64,000 nt of DNA, taken from IMG/VR virus record IMGVR_UViG_3300047499_000113, positions 62,001 through 126,000 of that record, one strand, 5' to 3'. Below the pieces are notes generated by a model, which did no database searches, had not been told where the DNA came from, and saw nothing but the letters and a program-made list of their open reading frames with translations. Positions within the stretch are counted from its first letter, which is position 1. Each line of letters starts with the position of its first letter. This document shows positions 27,801 to 36,293 of this stretch, one piece after another. The position numbers were made by a program, and so were the translations under genes.

Positions 27801-30649
27801 GTCACGGTCCACGACTGGTTGATCGCCGCGGTCATGCCACCCGTGCCGGTGACACCCGTGATGGCGACCACAGTGCCGGTGCCGAAGGGGCACGGCGTCG
27901 TGGTCTGCACCTCGAAGAGACCGCCATTGTTCGTGACGGTCGTGACCGCGAGCGCAGTCGGGCCGTCCGCGTACAGGTGGTAACCCGTCGGGTATACCGA
28001 CCCAACGTGCGCGTTGTACTGCGTGCGGATGTTGTTGACGACCGTGATGAGGCTGGCCGTCATCGCCGCCACGTCAGTCGGAGACGCGACCGAGAGGAAC
28101 GCGTCGTTGATGGCCGTGACCACGTCGTTCAGAGGAACGGCGGGGCCGGACGGCAGAGTGACGCCGAACTGCTGGCCGTCGACCGACAGCTGGAGGCTGT
28201 CGTTGACGCCTTGCGAGATGTTGTAGGGCGCGATGGCCGTACCGACGAGCTGGGCCGGCTGGTTCAAAGCGTTGTACGAGCCCACCGAGGTGTTGTTGCT
28301 CTGCAGGCCGACCTTCGGAGCGCCGTTGGACTGTCCCGCGCCGACCGGCGTGATGACAGTGGCGTTCGAGATGAGGCCGGAGAGCGCCGAGCTGTTGACG
28401 TTGCGGCCCTTGATCTGCAGGATCGCCTCGGTGCCGCCCGCGAATGAGGTGGCCGACACGAGGTTGTTCGGTGCCGTGCTGAAGAAGGTGCCGGTTCCGT
28501 CCTTGTGAGTCTGGACGTCAGCATCGATCGCCGTGTTGAGCGCGGACACCACGCCGGCCATCGTCGTGATCCCGACCATGGGGACCGCAGCGATGTTGAT
28601 GCCGTCGATGTTGAGCGCGATGTAGTCGGTCGATGCGAAGACCAACGCGTTGGGGTTGGCGACGGGCTGACCGAGGAGCAGAGCCGGGAAGGCAGTGCCC
28701 AGGTTGACCGTGACCGGCGCGTTGCCGTCGATGACCACCCCGCCGAAGTTCTGGCTGAAGGTGTACAGGTCGTACGGCTCGGGATTGGCGTTGGTGAACG
28801 AGGCGCCGTACGCGGGGTCCAGCGAGTCGAGGAACTGGACGGTCACCGTCTCCGGGACCGGGCTTCCTGCGCCCGTGAGGAACGCATCCGGGTTGTTCTG
28901 CACGCCGCTCGGCCACTGGACCTGCTTGGACAGACCCGAGACCGTGCCGAACGTCACGTTGAAGAGGTTGCCGCCGGTTGCCGCCGACGACACGGTGTAC
29001 TGGCCCACTCCGCTCGGACCCACGGTCTGCACCGAGAAGGTGAAGACGTCCTCGCCGATGCGGTTGTACCAGAAGGTCGCGAACGCCTGGTAGTCGGCCG
29101 GGACCGGATTGGCCAGGGTCACGATGTTGGTCGAAGAATCGACCGCGTTGACCTGAACCGGAGGATGCGCCTGCGCGTCACGCCAGCTCTTGCCGACGTA
29201 GACGATGACGAGATCCGGACGGTTGGTCGGAAGGTCGATGCGGCCGTTGGTGATCGTCTGGTAGAGCGACTGACCCAGCGGCGTGTCGCGGCCGTTGCCA
29301 GTCGTCGGCGACAGCGGCATCACGAACTTGGTAGTGCTGACCTGGTTGGTCGTCGGGTCGGTGTAGCGGGCGAGCGGAGCCGCGAAGATGCGGTTGTCGA
29401 CCAGAAGGCCCGTGATGACCGTCGAGTCGAAGTTCGCCGTGCCCGTCGTGTTGCCAGCCGCCACCGTGAAGGCGGTGCCCCACTGGATGGTGGACTGCTC
29501 GCCGTTGTTGACGATGACGAAGTCCGGGCCGTTCACGAAGTCGGTGCGGCCGGGGCCAATACCGCAGTTGGTGACCGACAGGACGTTGCTGTTGGGCAGG
29601 TAGTCGAACGTGTCCTGCCACGTGTTGAAGTAGTACGTGATGGCGACGATCGACCCAGGCTTCGGGGCGAAGGGCAGCGTCACGGTCTGGTGCTGTCCGT
29701 CGACAGCTGCGGCGAGAACCTGCTGGTTGTTGACCAGCACGGTGACCTTCGAGGGGTCGGTGGTCGTGATGCCGCCGCCCGAACCATCGACGATCGGTCC
29801 GTTGTAGACGCGGAACGCATTGTTGCGGCCCGTGGTTTGTCCCGGGTTGAAGCCGAGGGCGCCGTTGGCGTTGCCCGAGCCCACCAGGATGTTGCCCTGC
29901 GACACCAGCTGAACGTGGTTCAGGCCCTGGTTGTCGACGTGCACCGACGCCGTGAGGTCCGTGACGTTTGCCGCGTTGATGTCGTTGGCGATGTCCGAGG
30001 CGGCGCGCGTGGCGCCGGCCGTCAGCTTGATGGCGACGGTGTTCGTGTCATCGACCGTCAGTTGCAGCGTGTCGTTGACGCCGAGGATGATGTTGTAGGT
30101 CTCGGCCTTGGGCGCCACGAGGATGCCCGGAGTCGGCGTGACTTGCGGCGAGACGTTGTCGGTGATCCGAGTGTCGCCACGGTGGAAGTAGTAGTTGACC
30201 GCGACGATGTCAGTCGGCTGCGGCGGGATGAGCAGCTGGATGATGCCGTTCTGTCCGTCGACGGCCGAAACCACTGCTTGGCTGCCGTTGACCGTGACCG
30301 ACACCTTCGTGGTGTCGTAGGTGACCTTGCCCACGCCCGATCCATCGACGATCGGGTAGTTGCGCACCTTGAACTTCGTGATCGTCCCGTTGGCGTTGCC
30401 GAGCACGGGCTGCGCGTTCGTTCCGCTGACCACGAAACGGCCAGTGGGATCCTCGCCGTACACCGGCGTGTCAGCGACGCTGCTGGAGCCGCGAATCAGC
30501 TCGAAGTTCGTCTGCGTCAGGCTCTCCTGCGCGACTCCGATCAGAACTGGGACCCGCAACCCGCCGAGGATCTGGTTCAGCACCGGCTCGGCCAGCGTTT
30601 GCACGTAAACGCCGGGGGGCGCGTAGGTCGAGAAAGGTCCGATGCCCAT
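24830..30649 (-). CDS. Contractile tail sheath protein with large repeat insertions
   Basis: N-terminal YAPPGVYVQT; C-terminal sheath core (GVTIIEQ...LRIRQGLTT...FIGNKLTN...YVPVFPLEYIVAT); 1939 aa; GGGAG RBS. Confidence 0.92.
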   Translation of the reverse strand: MGIGPFSTYAPPGVYVQTLAEPVLNQILGGLRVPVLIGVAQESLTQTNFELIRGSSSVADTPVYGEDPTGRFVVSGTNAQPVLGNANGTITKFKVRNYPIVDGSGVGKVTYDTTKVSVTVNGSQAVVSAVDGQNGIIQLLIPPQPTDIVAVNYYFHRGDTRITDNVSPQVTPTPGILVAPKAETYNIILGVNDTLQLTVDDTNTVAIKLTAGATRAASDIANDINAANVTDLTASVHVDNQGLNHVQLVSQGNILVGSGNANGALGFNPGQTTGRNNAFRVYNGPIVDGSGGGITTTDPSKVTVLVNNQQVLAAAVDGQHQTVTLPFAPKPGSIVAITYYFNTWQDTFDYLPNSNVLSVTNCGIGPGRTDFVNGPDFVIVNNGEQSTIQWGTAFTVAAGNTTGTANFDSTVITGLLVDNRIFAAPLARYTDPTTNQVSTTKFVMPLSPTTGNGRDTPLGQSLYQTITNGRIDLPTNRPDLVIVYVGKSWRDAQAHPPVQVNAVDSSTNIVTLANPVPADYQAFATFWYNRIGEDVFTFSVQTVGPSGVGQYTVSSAATGGNLFNVTFGTVSGLSKQVQWPSGVQNNPDAFLTGAGSPVPETVTVQFLDSLDPAYGASFTNANPEPYDLYTFSQNFGGVVIDGNAPVTVNLGTAFPALLLGQPVANPNALVFASTDYIALNIDGINIAAVPMVGITTMAGVVSALNTAIDADVQTHKDGTGTFFSTAPNNLVSATSFAGGTEAILQIKGRNVNSSALSGLISNATVITPVGAGQSNGAPKVGLQSNNTSVGSYNALNQPAQLVGTAIAPYNISQGVNDSLQLSVDGQQFGVTLPSGPAVPLNDVVTAINDAFLSVASPTDVAAMTASLITVVNNIRTQYNAHVGSVYPTGYHLYADGPTALAVTTVTNNGGLFEVQTTTPCPFGTGTVVAITGVTGTGGMTAAINQSWTVTMLDATHFTLNGSVFTGAYTSGGDVTAAYEPLAAAVDLPTAIALVNDLATHYNVHLGENNPVGGGIAAVTNSGGLFEIQTNTAHGLTTNALIKITGAVGVQALNDIWLVTVVDGTHFTLQFSAYQTGYVSGGAISVQTHQLSDATNVVTTPTATNLQTAITLAHALQEAYNRHLSQQGVHGYPDYVNVVTDANEAGGPITGITVVAGVSFTVTTTSAYAFATGSYVYITGSTYPAINNQAWLITTGGSGTFTVNYASAAGGPYAGGGSVVDDTTVSTLLNQIRTEVLAHYNNGGVAVHHEINDITNYTALNAVPVDSDPVGGPYTTGANLANALKTTLNAHFIASGVHVVNDTVNTITQANATAAFGTLAPLVSAIAYSTTSGAFNLHRNQTAGLYSVHGTNDGVDSSNTVLANLVASAGVGQYVGELVLTSRINTVQSQLAVLQASTGNMPLGFTSGVSAARTQPTAALISTALNNNTGFGALAVAYFLNVQGLGNYLEIDSRSVGSASTIAFTNIANSAFVPDAGLGIVPGMSGGIGENSMAGFQVSSSAGSSGSHGYGFPGQTYTDATTGLRFTVLPASAGDYDNGGSFTLVVNSIFTCDAAISTKAIPGVELFVYNTINMAPGTTGIVSTYPHKGFQPSIGDVYYISYQYGKTDLAPALFRDLKTIQMNFGTPTPDNPLSLAASLALLNGAVIVGLEQVLRAPGQSQASDATYTAAIDTLRKPISGQVKADVITPLTTDPSVMTYLNQHCVFMSSPRQEGERMGVVGVAVGTTALGVQAIAQGLSSELMIVVYPDSFVVTVTDTNGNSLEQLIDGSFMAAAVSGSTCNPAIDVATPLTRRQIQGFTSLGTVLDPTVANQVAVAGVTIIEQVLSGLRIRQGLTTRLDTVITRTPSVTLTIQYVQQTMRNTLDPFIGNKLTNATLTNINNQVVGMFGQLIDKQIVQSVSGISVATSPNDPTIVLVDAIYVPVFPLEYIVATLQIRVSQ

Positions 30650-30682
30650 CTTAGCTCCCTTGGTCGAGCAGAAGTCTAAATA

Positions 30683-30762
30683 TGCGTATTGGTATCGGCG
30701 GGCGACGTGGTCTGCGTATCGAGATTGGTATGCGTATCCGAGCTGGGCTCCAAACGTCGCCC
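30683..30762. promoter_or_regulatory. Repeat-rich, hairpin-forming leader upstream of the sheath gene
   Basis: TGCGTAT x3 (30683, 30713, 30731), ATTGGTAT x2 (30688, 30724), 9-bp inverted repeat GGGCGACGT (30700) / ACGTCGCCC (30754). Confidence 0.45.
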
Positions 30763-30794
30763 ATCATGAAAGCTCGAATATCAAAATTTCGTGA

Positions 30795-31244
30795 TCAGTC
30801 GCCAGCTTTACGCTTTTCGACCAAGTAGCGGGCGACTCCCATCTCACGGACCTTGAGACTCTCACCATCCGCAGGCCGGAAGGTGTTCTTGTCTTTGCCA
30901 GGCTCCTTCGCGATGGCAGCGGCGCCAGTCTCGCGCCGCACCTTGTCACGTTCCGCCTGTTCTCCGTTGATTCGGTTCCAGCGCTTGGCTGCACTCCGGC
31001 CAACAGCTTTATCTAGGGAGGGGTAGTCGAGATCATGCACGCCCGACTGGCCGTGCACTCCACTCTCTCCTCTCACACCACCCTTGAAGCTAAAGTTGGT
31101 GAGAGAGACTCCAGCCCGCGGTGCCAATTGGCCACATCCGGGACATGGATGGGCATTCTCGTACTGCTTGATATCGTCCTGGTTGACGAGGGTCTCCTCG
31201 AACTCCGCGTTGCAGGGCTCGCAGCGATACTCAAAAATCGGCAC
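30795..31244 (-). CDS. FmdB-family zinc-ribbon protein
   Basis: MPIFEYRCEPCNAEFE...HPCPGCG...SFKGG. Confidence 0.8.
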   Translation of the reverse strand: MPIFEYRCEPCNAEFEETLVNQDDIKQYENAHPCPGCGQLAPRAGVSLTNFSFKGGVRGESGVHGQSGVHDLDYPSLDKAVGRSAAKRWNRINGEQAERDKVRRETGAAAIAKEPGKDKNTFRPADGESLKVREMGVARYLVEKRKAGD

Positions 31245-31247
31245 AGT

Positions 31248-32097
31248 TCACAATACCTTATGAGAGTCTCGTCGCTGTTTGTTGCGTGCGTCAACGCAAA
31301 GCTTGCACTCAATTCTCGGAGCGTCTAAATGAGTCCTGCCAACATAGCACTCATTGAGTGGAATTAAGCCATGTTTCTTACAAATCTTTTGAGTGGATGT
31401 GTAACTTATTTTCTTCGCACGAAATTCGGGGTCTTTCCATTTATCAAGCAGCGCTGATGAGATGTTAGCCGTCACTTTGGTGCGGTAGTTAGCATCGTTC
31501 CAGTTTTTCCTGCTCGATTCCGAAAGTAATGTTTGCATGTCAGGATGCAACATTTTTTCTATAATTTTCGGCAAAGCTTTCGCAATCGCTATGGGACTCA
31601 GGGGCTTTCCAAGCCTTGATCGAGCAATCGCTGCACAATGTTCTGGACTAAGTTTCACACCCTTGTGTGACGCAGACACTTTGGCTCGCCAAGCAGGATC
31701 TCGAGCGCGCTTCCTGGAAGCGGAAGTACATTTATCACGAAAATCGGGATCATCCCACGGGTTCTTCGTTGGGTGTGGAACATGAAGACCCCCACGCATG
31801 ATGTTGAATCCAATCTCTGGATTCCGAGTGTTAAAAAAATTCGATCCAACATTCTTCTGCTAGATTCGCAACTTCGATATTTTGACAAGTCTCTAGGACT
31901 TCGTGGGAGAAGGCGTCCGGTCCATATTTGCGAATAGCATTCGGAAAGTGCCAACGTCCGCCCTTACTTCTCAGGGCAGTCGAGACATGGTCTTTCCATC
32001 GCTTCTCCATTGTCCGAGAAGTGATACCAATGTAACGACGACCAGAGTCAGTATGTGTATGACAGTAAATTGTCCAGACGGATTTTGATGATGCCAT
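31248..32097 (-). pseudogene. GIY-YIG/NUMOD3 homing endonuclease split by a +1 frameshift in a T7 run
   Basis: 5' ORF 31831..32097 (IYCHTHTDSGRRYIGIT...RWKDH...AIRKYG...EECWIEFF-stop). Removing one T of the T7 run at 31833-31839 gives FFNTRNPEIGFNIMRGG, in frame with 31248..31799 (NUMOD3-like KVSASHKGVKLSPEH plus a C-terminal Cys/His finger). Confidence 0.85.
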
Positions 32098-33353
32098 TGA
32101 ATAACACTACCAATTAGTAGCGTTATAAACGGACTCAAAACACGCTCGTAGGTCAGCTTCTTGCCAATCTTGACCGGCACCCCATTGATCCCAAGCTCGG
32201 TGGCCAACTGGAGCAAATCGTAGGAGGCTGCGCCCGAGAGGAAACCAAGGGTGTTGGCCTGCGATTCGGACGTGAGGTCCGTGCGGTTGATGACGATCGG
32301 CAACGGGACCCAGGTCTCCCAGTCCACGCGCAGCGAAAGGGTGACCGCGCTCTCGTAGTAGTAGTCGTCGATCTCGGCGTTGTAGACCTCTTCACTCTCG
32401 CCGCCGGGAGTGATGTCGAGAAGCTCAAGTCCCTCGAACCCGAGGACGTTCTGCCGCTCGAGGAACTTCTCGACCACGTAGTCACTCATGCGCTCTCTGT
32501 CGGTCGCATCACGAGCGAACACGATGAGGCTGAAAGTGACCTCGAACTTGCCACCGTAAACTTCGGCCACCTCGCCGCGAGTTCCGGTGACGACGATGGC
32601 CATTTGGTCGCCCTTCTGCACGCGGTCTCCGAACGCCAGAACAGCGCCGGGGATAGACTGAATATCCGTCCAATCGCGGTAGAAGTCGTAGGGACCCTGC
32701 TGAGGCAGCTGGTACCTGTAGTTGGCGAAAATGGAATCGCCGGCGGGAGTCGGCTGCAGGAACGTAACGACGGTGGTGTTATCCTCGGCCTCGTAGTTGA
32801 CCGAGTAGTCGACCCCAGGAACGAGGACGCGTCTGTTGTTGAGCGACAGACGCAGCGAGCCCGGATACACGTTCTCGTGAGAAAGCTGAGCGTATTGATC
32901 CGCCGAGTTCGTGAAGTAGATGAGCGGCTCGTTTAGGACCGTGATGATCGGGTCTACGATGAACTTTCCCGGCTTCTGGCGAGCGTCGTCTGGAAGCTCC
33001 TGCACCGTGACGATGTAGACGCCAGGCGGAGTCGGGAAGACACTTCTGTCCGGGTTGACTTCCTCGAGAATGGTGAAATTCTCGCGGGTCCACTCGAGTG
33101 AAGTGCCCGGGAAGTTCTTGACTGGCGCGAGCATCACGAATGACGACAGACGGCCGACGTAGTTGTCCGCGCTCAGGCGAACACGGTCAGCCGTCGTGTT
33201 ATCAACGATAATGCCGCGCTGGGGCCGCTGCTCAAACGAGAACTTGTTCTGGACGTTCTCGGAGTCCTCTCGATACCTCGGGTGATCGTAGAGGATCTGC
33301 TTGAGTTCGTGGATGACCCGCTCTTTCGTGGCGTTGGTGAGCCAATTCTTCAC
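31971..33353 (-). CDS. Probable tail terminator / tail completion protein
   Basis: 460 aa between neck genes and sheath; C-terminal FEVTFSLIVFARDATDRERMSDYV...YYESAVTLSLRVDWE resembles terminator-type folds. The last ~55 aa overlap the endonuclease and look non-homologous. Confidence 0.55.
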   Translation of the reverse strand: MKNWLTNATKERVIHELKQILYDHPRYREDSENVQNKFSFEQRPQRGIIVDNTTADRVRLSADNYVGRLSSFVMLAPVKNFPGTSLEWTRENFTILEEVNPDRSVFPTPPGVYIVTVQELPDDARQKPGKFIVDPIITVLNEPLIYFTNSADQYAQLSHENVYPGSLRLSLNNRRVLVPGVDYSVNYEAEDNTTVVTFLQPTPAGDSIFANYRYQLPQQGPYDFYRDWTDIQSIPGAVLAFGDRVQKGDQMAIVVTGTRGEVAEVYGGKFEVTFSLIVFARDATDRERMSDYVVEKFLERQNVLGFEGLELLDITPGGESEEVYNAEIDDYYYESAVTLSLRVDWETWVPLPIVINRTDLTSESQANTLGFLSGAASYDLLQLATELGINGVPVKIGKKLTYERVLSPFITLLIGSVIQWHHQNPSGQFTVIHILTLVVVTLVSLLGQWRSDGKTMSRLP

Positions 33354-33377
33354 AGCGGGCCTCCACCCGAGCCCAGG

Positions 33378-33629
33378 TCAGACTCCTTTGAACGGATCCG
33401 GTTCCGTTGCAGGCTCGGGAGCCGGGAGAGTCGTGCGCTCGGAATCGTCGACTTCGACCTTTGCCTTCTTCGCTTTGGACTTCGGCGTAGCGGCCGGGGT
33501 GGGAGGGGGAGGAGGTGCAGCGCCCTTGTCCGCCTTCTGGGCCTTGTGCAGGTCCGGATAGCAGAATTCGATGACGTCGGCTTCGGTCAACAACGTCCGC
33601 GGGAACATCGCGCCTTTGATGTGTGCCAT
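33378..33629 (-). CDS. Small hypothetical protein, Pro/Lys-rich
   Basis: 83 aa, AGGAGAG RBS. Confidence 0.65.
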   Translation of the reverse strand: MAHIKGAMFPRTLLTEADVIEFCYPDLHKAQKADKGAAPPPPPTPAATPKSKAKKAKVEVDDSERTTLPAPEPATEPDPFKGV

Positions 33630-33653
33630 GCGCTCTCCTATGCCATAAAGGTC

Positions 33654-34661
33654 TCAGTCGTCCATCTGAGACAGCATCAGGAGACCAGTCGCGACGGCCG
33701 TCATCGGGTCGATCGCGCCACGCACCTCCGAGATCTGGATGGGGAACTTGGCGCGATGAAGCTCGAAGCGCTCCTTGAACTTGTCGAGGAAGCCGCCGGC
33801 GAGCGAGGTCCCGCCCGACACGATGATGGGGATGGGCTTCGGGACGAGAAGCTCGTTCTTGGCCTTCGCGAAGCGCTTGCTGAACTCGTCGATGGTGTAA
33901 TCGATGAGTGTCTGGACGAAGAGCGCGATGGCCTCTTCCTCGCGCGTCTTGGGCTTGGTGATGTCGATGCCGCCTTCCTTGACGGCGCACATCTTGGCCG
34001 CCGTCGAGTTGACAGCTTTGGCCGCACCACCATCGATCCAGTCACCACCCTTGCCGAGAGAAAACTCGAGGGCGCTCATGGCGTTGTACGCCAGACACAC
34101 GTTTGTCATGCCCGAGCCATACGAGATGCCGAGTCCGGAGAAGCTCTCCTTCGTGCAATCCGCATAGATGATGGCGAGCGCTTCGTTGACGGGCTCTGCC
34201 TGATACCCGAGTTCGCCCAGGATCTTGCCGAGGATTGCCCGGTGGTAGGTCACGTCCGACCCCACGACGTCGACCGCCGGCGCCGGGATGGAGTAGCAGC
34301 ACTTCTCCTTGGGCATGCGAGGCTCGCCCAAGATCTGCTTCATCATCAGACCGATGACCTGCTGCGCGTCGATTTCGCCCGAGGCGATCACGCCCTGGGA
34401 CATGGGACGACGAGCCTCCCTGTTGAACAGGTTGGCCGTCTCGAGGGCTTTGTCACCGATGACTAGGAGCTTGCCGTCGACCTCCACGTAGTCGGTGTTG
34501 GAGATCTTGAGCATCCGCTTGGTGTCGAGCGGAAGGTCCAAGAAGGCGTCGCGGACCCGGGAGTGCACGATCTTCTTGGCACTGCGCCGCGCGGCCACGA
34601 AATTCATCGTGCCGCAGTCGAGTCCTACCCCCGCGTCTTCAGGCTTCTTGGTGTCGGTCAT
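33654..34661 (-). CDS. Actin-family ATPase (volactin/MamK-like group)
   Basis: Phosphate-1 GLDCGTMN, connect-1 EPVNEALA, phosphate-2 GISYGSGMTNVC, adenosine VSGGTS, connect-2 DPMTAVATG; start taken as ATG 34661. Confidence 0.9.
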   Translation of the reverse strand: MTDTKKPEDAGVGLDCGTMNFVAARRSAKKIVHSRVRDAFLDLPLDTKRMLKISNTDYVEVDGKLLVIGDKALETANLFNREARRPMSQGVIASGEIDAQQVIGLMMKQILGEPRMPKEKCCYSIPAPAVDVVGSDVTYHRAILGKILGELGYQAEPVNEALAIIYADCTKESFSGLGISYGSGMTNVCLAYNAMSALEFSLGKGGDWIDGGAAKAVNSTAAKMCAVKEGGIDITKPKTREEEAIALFVQTLIDYTIDEFSKRFAKAKNELLVPKPIPIIVSGGTSLAGGFLDKFKERFELHRAKFPIQISEVRGAIDPMTAVATGLLMLSQMDD

Positions 34662-34694
34662 GGGTCTGCGTCTCCGTATCCAGGACAATACAGC

Positions 34695-35048
34695 TCAGTA
34701 CCACCTGGGCAGTATATCTTTGGATTCCGGAACAGGAGCAGAATCCTGTCGTTCACGCAAGTCGTCGAAGGTAGCCAGGAGCTGCTCGAGGACGACTATC
34801 TCCGCGCGCAGCCGCTTGTTCACGAACTCGTCGAAGTGAGCCAGTGCCTCCGGGTGGTTCAGAAGGTCGACACCACCGCGGCCGGAGTATAGGTCACCCT
34901 TCGCATACTGCTCGAGACGGCCCAGGGCGGTCAGCACCAGGGCCGCCACCCGCTGAGCAAGAGCGTCCCCACTATCCACCAGGTCCTGCCTGCCGCACTC
35001 CAGCAGGAAGTCCCTTGCTTCGTTGGACCAGAAGGATTGGCGGGGCAT
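34695..35048 (-). CDS. Hypothetical protein
   Basis: 117 aa, TAATG-coupled to the upstream gene. Confidence 0.65.
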   Translation of the reverse strand: MPRQSFWSNEARDFLLECGRQDLVDSGDALAQRVAALVLTALGRLEQYAKGDLYSGRGGVDLLNHPEALAHFDEFVNKRLRAEIVVLEQLLATFDDLRERQDSAPVPESKDILPRWY

Positions 35049-35596
35049 TACTTCTTGCGCGCTTTCTTGAGGGCCTCGAGTCCGGCGTCGAAGTCTTCCG
35101 TGTCAGCTTCCGAGGTTTGGACGTTGAGTTTGACCTCGGCGGATTCTGGCACTATCTGCTTCGGTATGAACATCGGCTCATCAGAAGGCTTGCTGACTGC
35201 CTGCGCGGCTTGACCGGGAAGAGCAGAGGCCGTCTGATAGATGACTTGCGGGGTAGGCGCCCGTTGAAGAGCGGCAGCCATACTATCGAGTTTCGCCATG
35301 ATGCTTTGGAGCATGGCGGATTCCACGGGCGGCGCCGGCGGAGGAATTGTGGGGTGCGAGGGAGCAGCCGAGAAAGGCCACACTGGGATGGGCGGTTTCG
35401 GCGGAACTGGGGCGGGAGCGCGCTGCTCTATGGTTATCCACTTCTTGCGTTCGTACTCTCGAACCTGGCGCGACGACATGAAGGTCTGCTCGGGCAAGAG
35501 CTTCGAGCTGGATGCACCGCCAGCACCATCGAGCCGCACACCAATGTCCTCGATGGTCAGGCTCGAAGGCAATCGGTTCGTCACCAAGTACATCAT
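35048..35596 (-). CDS. Hypothetical protein (structural region), Pro-rich linker
   Basis: 182 aa, in-operon overlaps at both ends. Confidence 0.7.
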   Translation of the reverse strand: MMYLVTNRLPSSLTIEDIGVRLDGAGGASSSKLLPEQTFMSSRQVREYERKKWITIEQRAPAPVPPKPPIPVWPFSAAPSHPTIPPPAPPVESAMLQSIMAKLDSMAAALQRAPTPQVIYQTASALPGQAAQAVSKPSDEPMFIPKQIVPESAEVKLNVQTSEADTEDFDAGLEALKKARKK

Positions 35597-36291
35597 GTGG
35601 ATATGTAGTTCTTGAGAATCTTCTCTATCTGCGGTGCGAACTTCTCCAACACTACTTGCCGCAGCTCATCCATGAACCTCTTCATGATGCCCTGGAACTT
35701 GCCCTGCGGAAAGTGGATGTCGCCCGATTTGGCCACCCGAGTCTGGCGTTCGAAAGTGACCGAGAGCCGACCCTCTCGGTTGATGTTCATGTCGCGCGGC
35801 GCGCTCATGGCGAGCCTATGGTTCATCTTGCGCTCTTCAGGACCTTTGAACGCGTTGCGCGGTCCATATTTGCTACTGTTGGGACCCCACTGGCGCAAGT
35901 TGGACCGGGTCCGATTGGGCCTGTTGAGCGCACTTGGAACAGGCCGCCTCTTATCCTTCATCCGCGCGACGCGGTTGAAGCCTCCGCGGGCGATAACCTG
36001 GTAGGTCCTGTCGGCCGCTTCTTCGTACGCTTCGGCGGCTCGAGCTGCCGATTCCTCGAGCTTCTTGACGTCGATGTCGACCGCCTCGAGCTGAAGAAGG
36101 ATTTCGAACACGATGCCCTCGGCGCCAACGTGCGAGAACACCTCGTAGTCCTTGAGCATCGGCTTTTGCGGGAAGCCAGCCTCGTCGAGCACTTTCTTCA
36201 GTGCCATCAGGCCGTCTTTGGCAATCTCGTCCTTGACTGCCTCAGTGGCCCTCTCGAGTTGTGCCACCAGGCTGGTCGCGATGCTGGCCAC
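35593..36291 (-). CDS. Hypothetical protein (possible neck/tail-completion protein)
   Basis: 232 aa with basic central region; position among head-tail joining genes. Confidence 0.65.
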   Translation of the reverse strand: MASIATSLVAQLERATEAVKDEIAKDGLMALKKVLDEAGFPQKPMLKDYEVFSHVGAEGIVFEILLQLEAVDIDVKKLEESAARAAEAYEEAADRTYQVIARGGFNRVARMKDKRRPVPSALNRPNRTRSNLRQWGPNSSKYGPRNAFKGPEERKMNHRLAMSAPRDMNINREGRLSVTFERQTRVAKSGDIHFPQGKFQGIMKRFMDELRQVVLEKFAPQIEKILKNYIST

Positions 36292-36293
36292 GA

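Noticed and set aside
25154-28447. 1097-aa plus-strand ORF (and 28505..30679) opposite the sheath gene
   Set aside because: Antisense shadow caused by the strong C/G third-position bias of the sheath; Arg/Val-rich with no motifs.
1-30649. Extracellular contractile injection system (Afp/PVC/MAC) rather than phage
   Set aside because: Head-tail adaptor and closure-like genes, homing endonucleases and phage-style accessory genes favour a phage. Capsid and terminase are outside the window, so this is not fully excluded.
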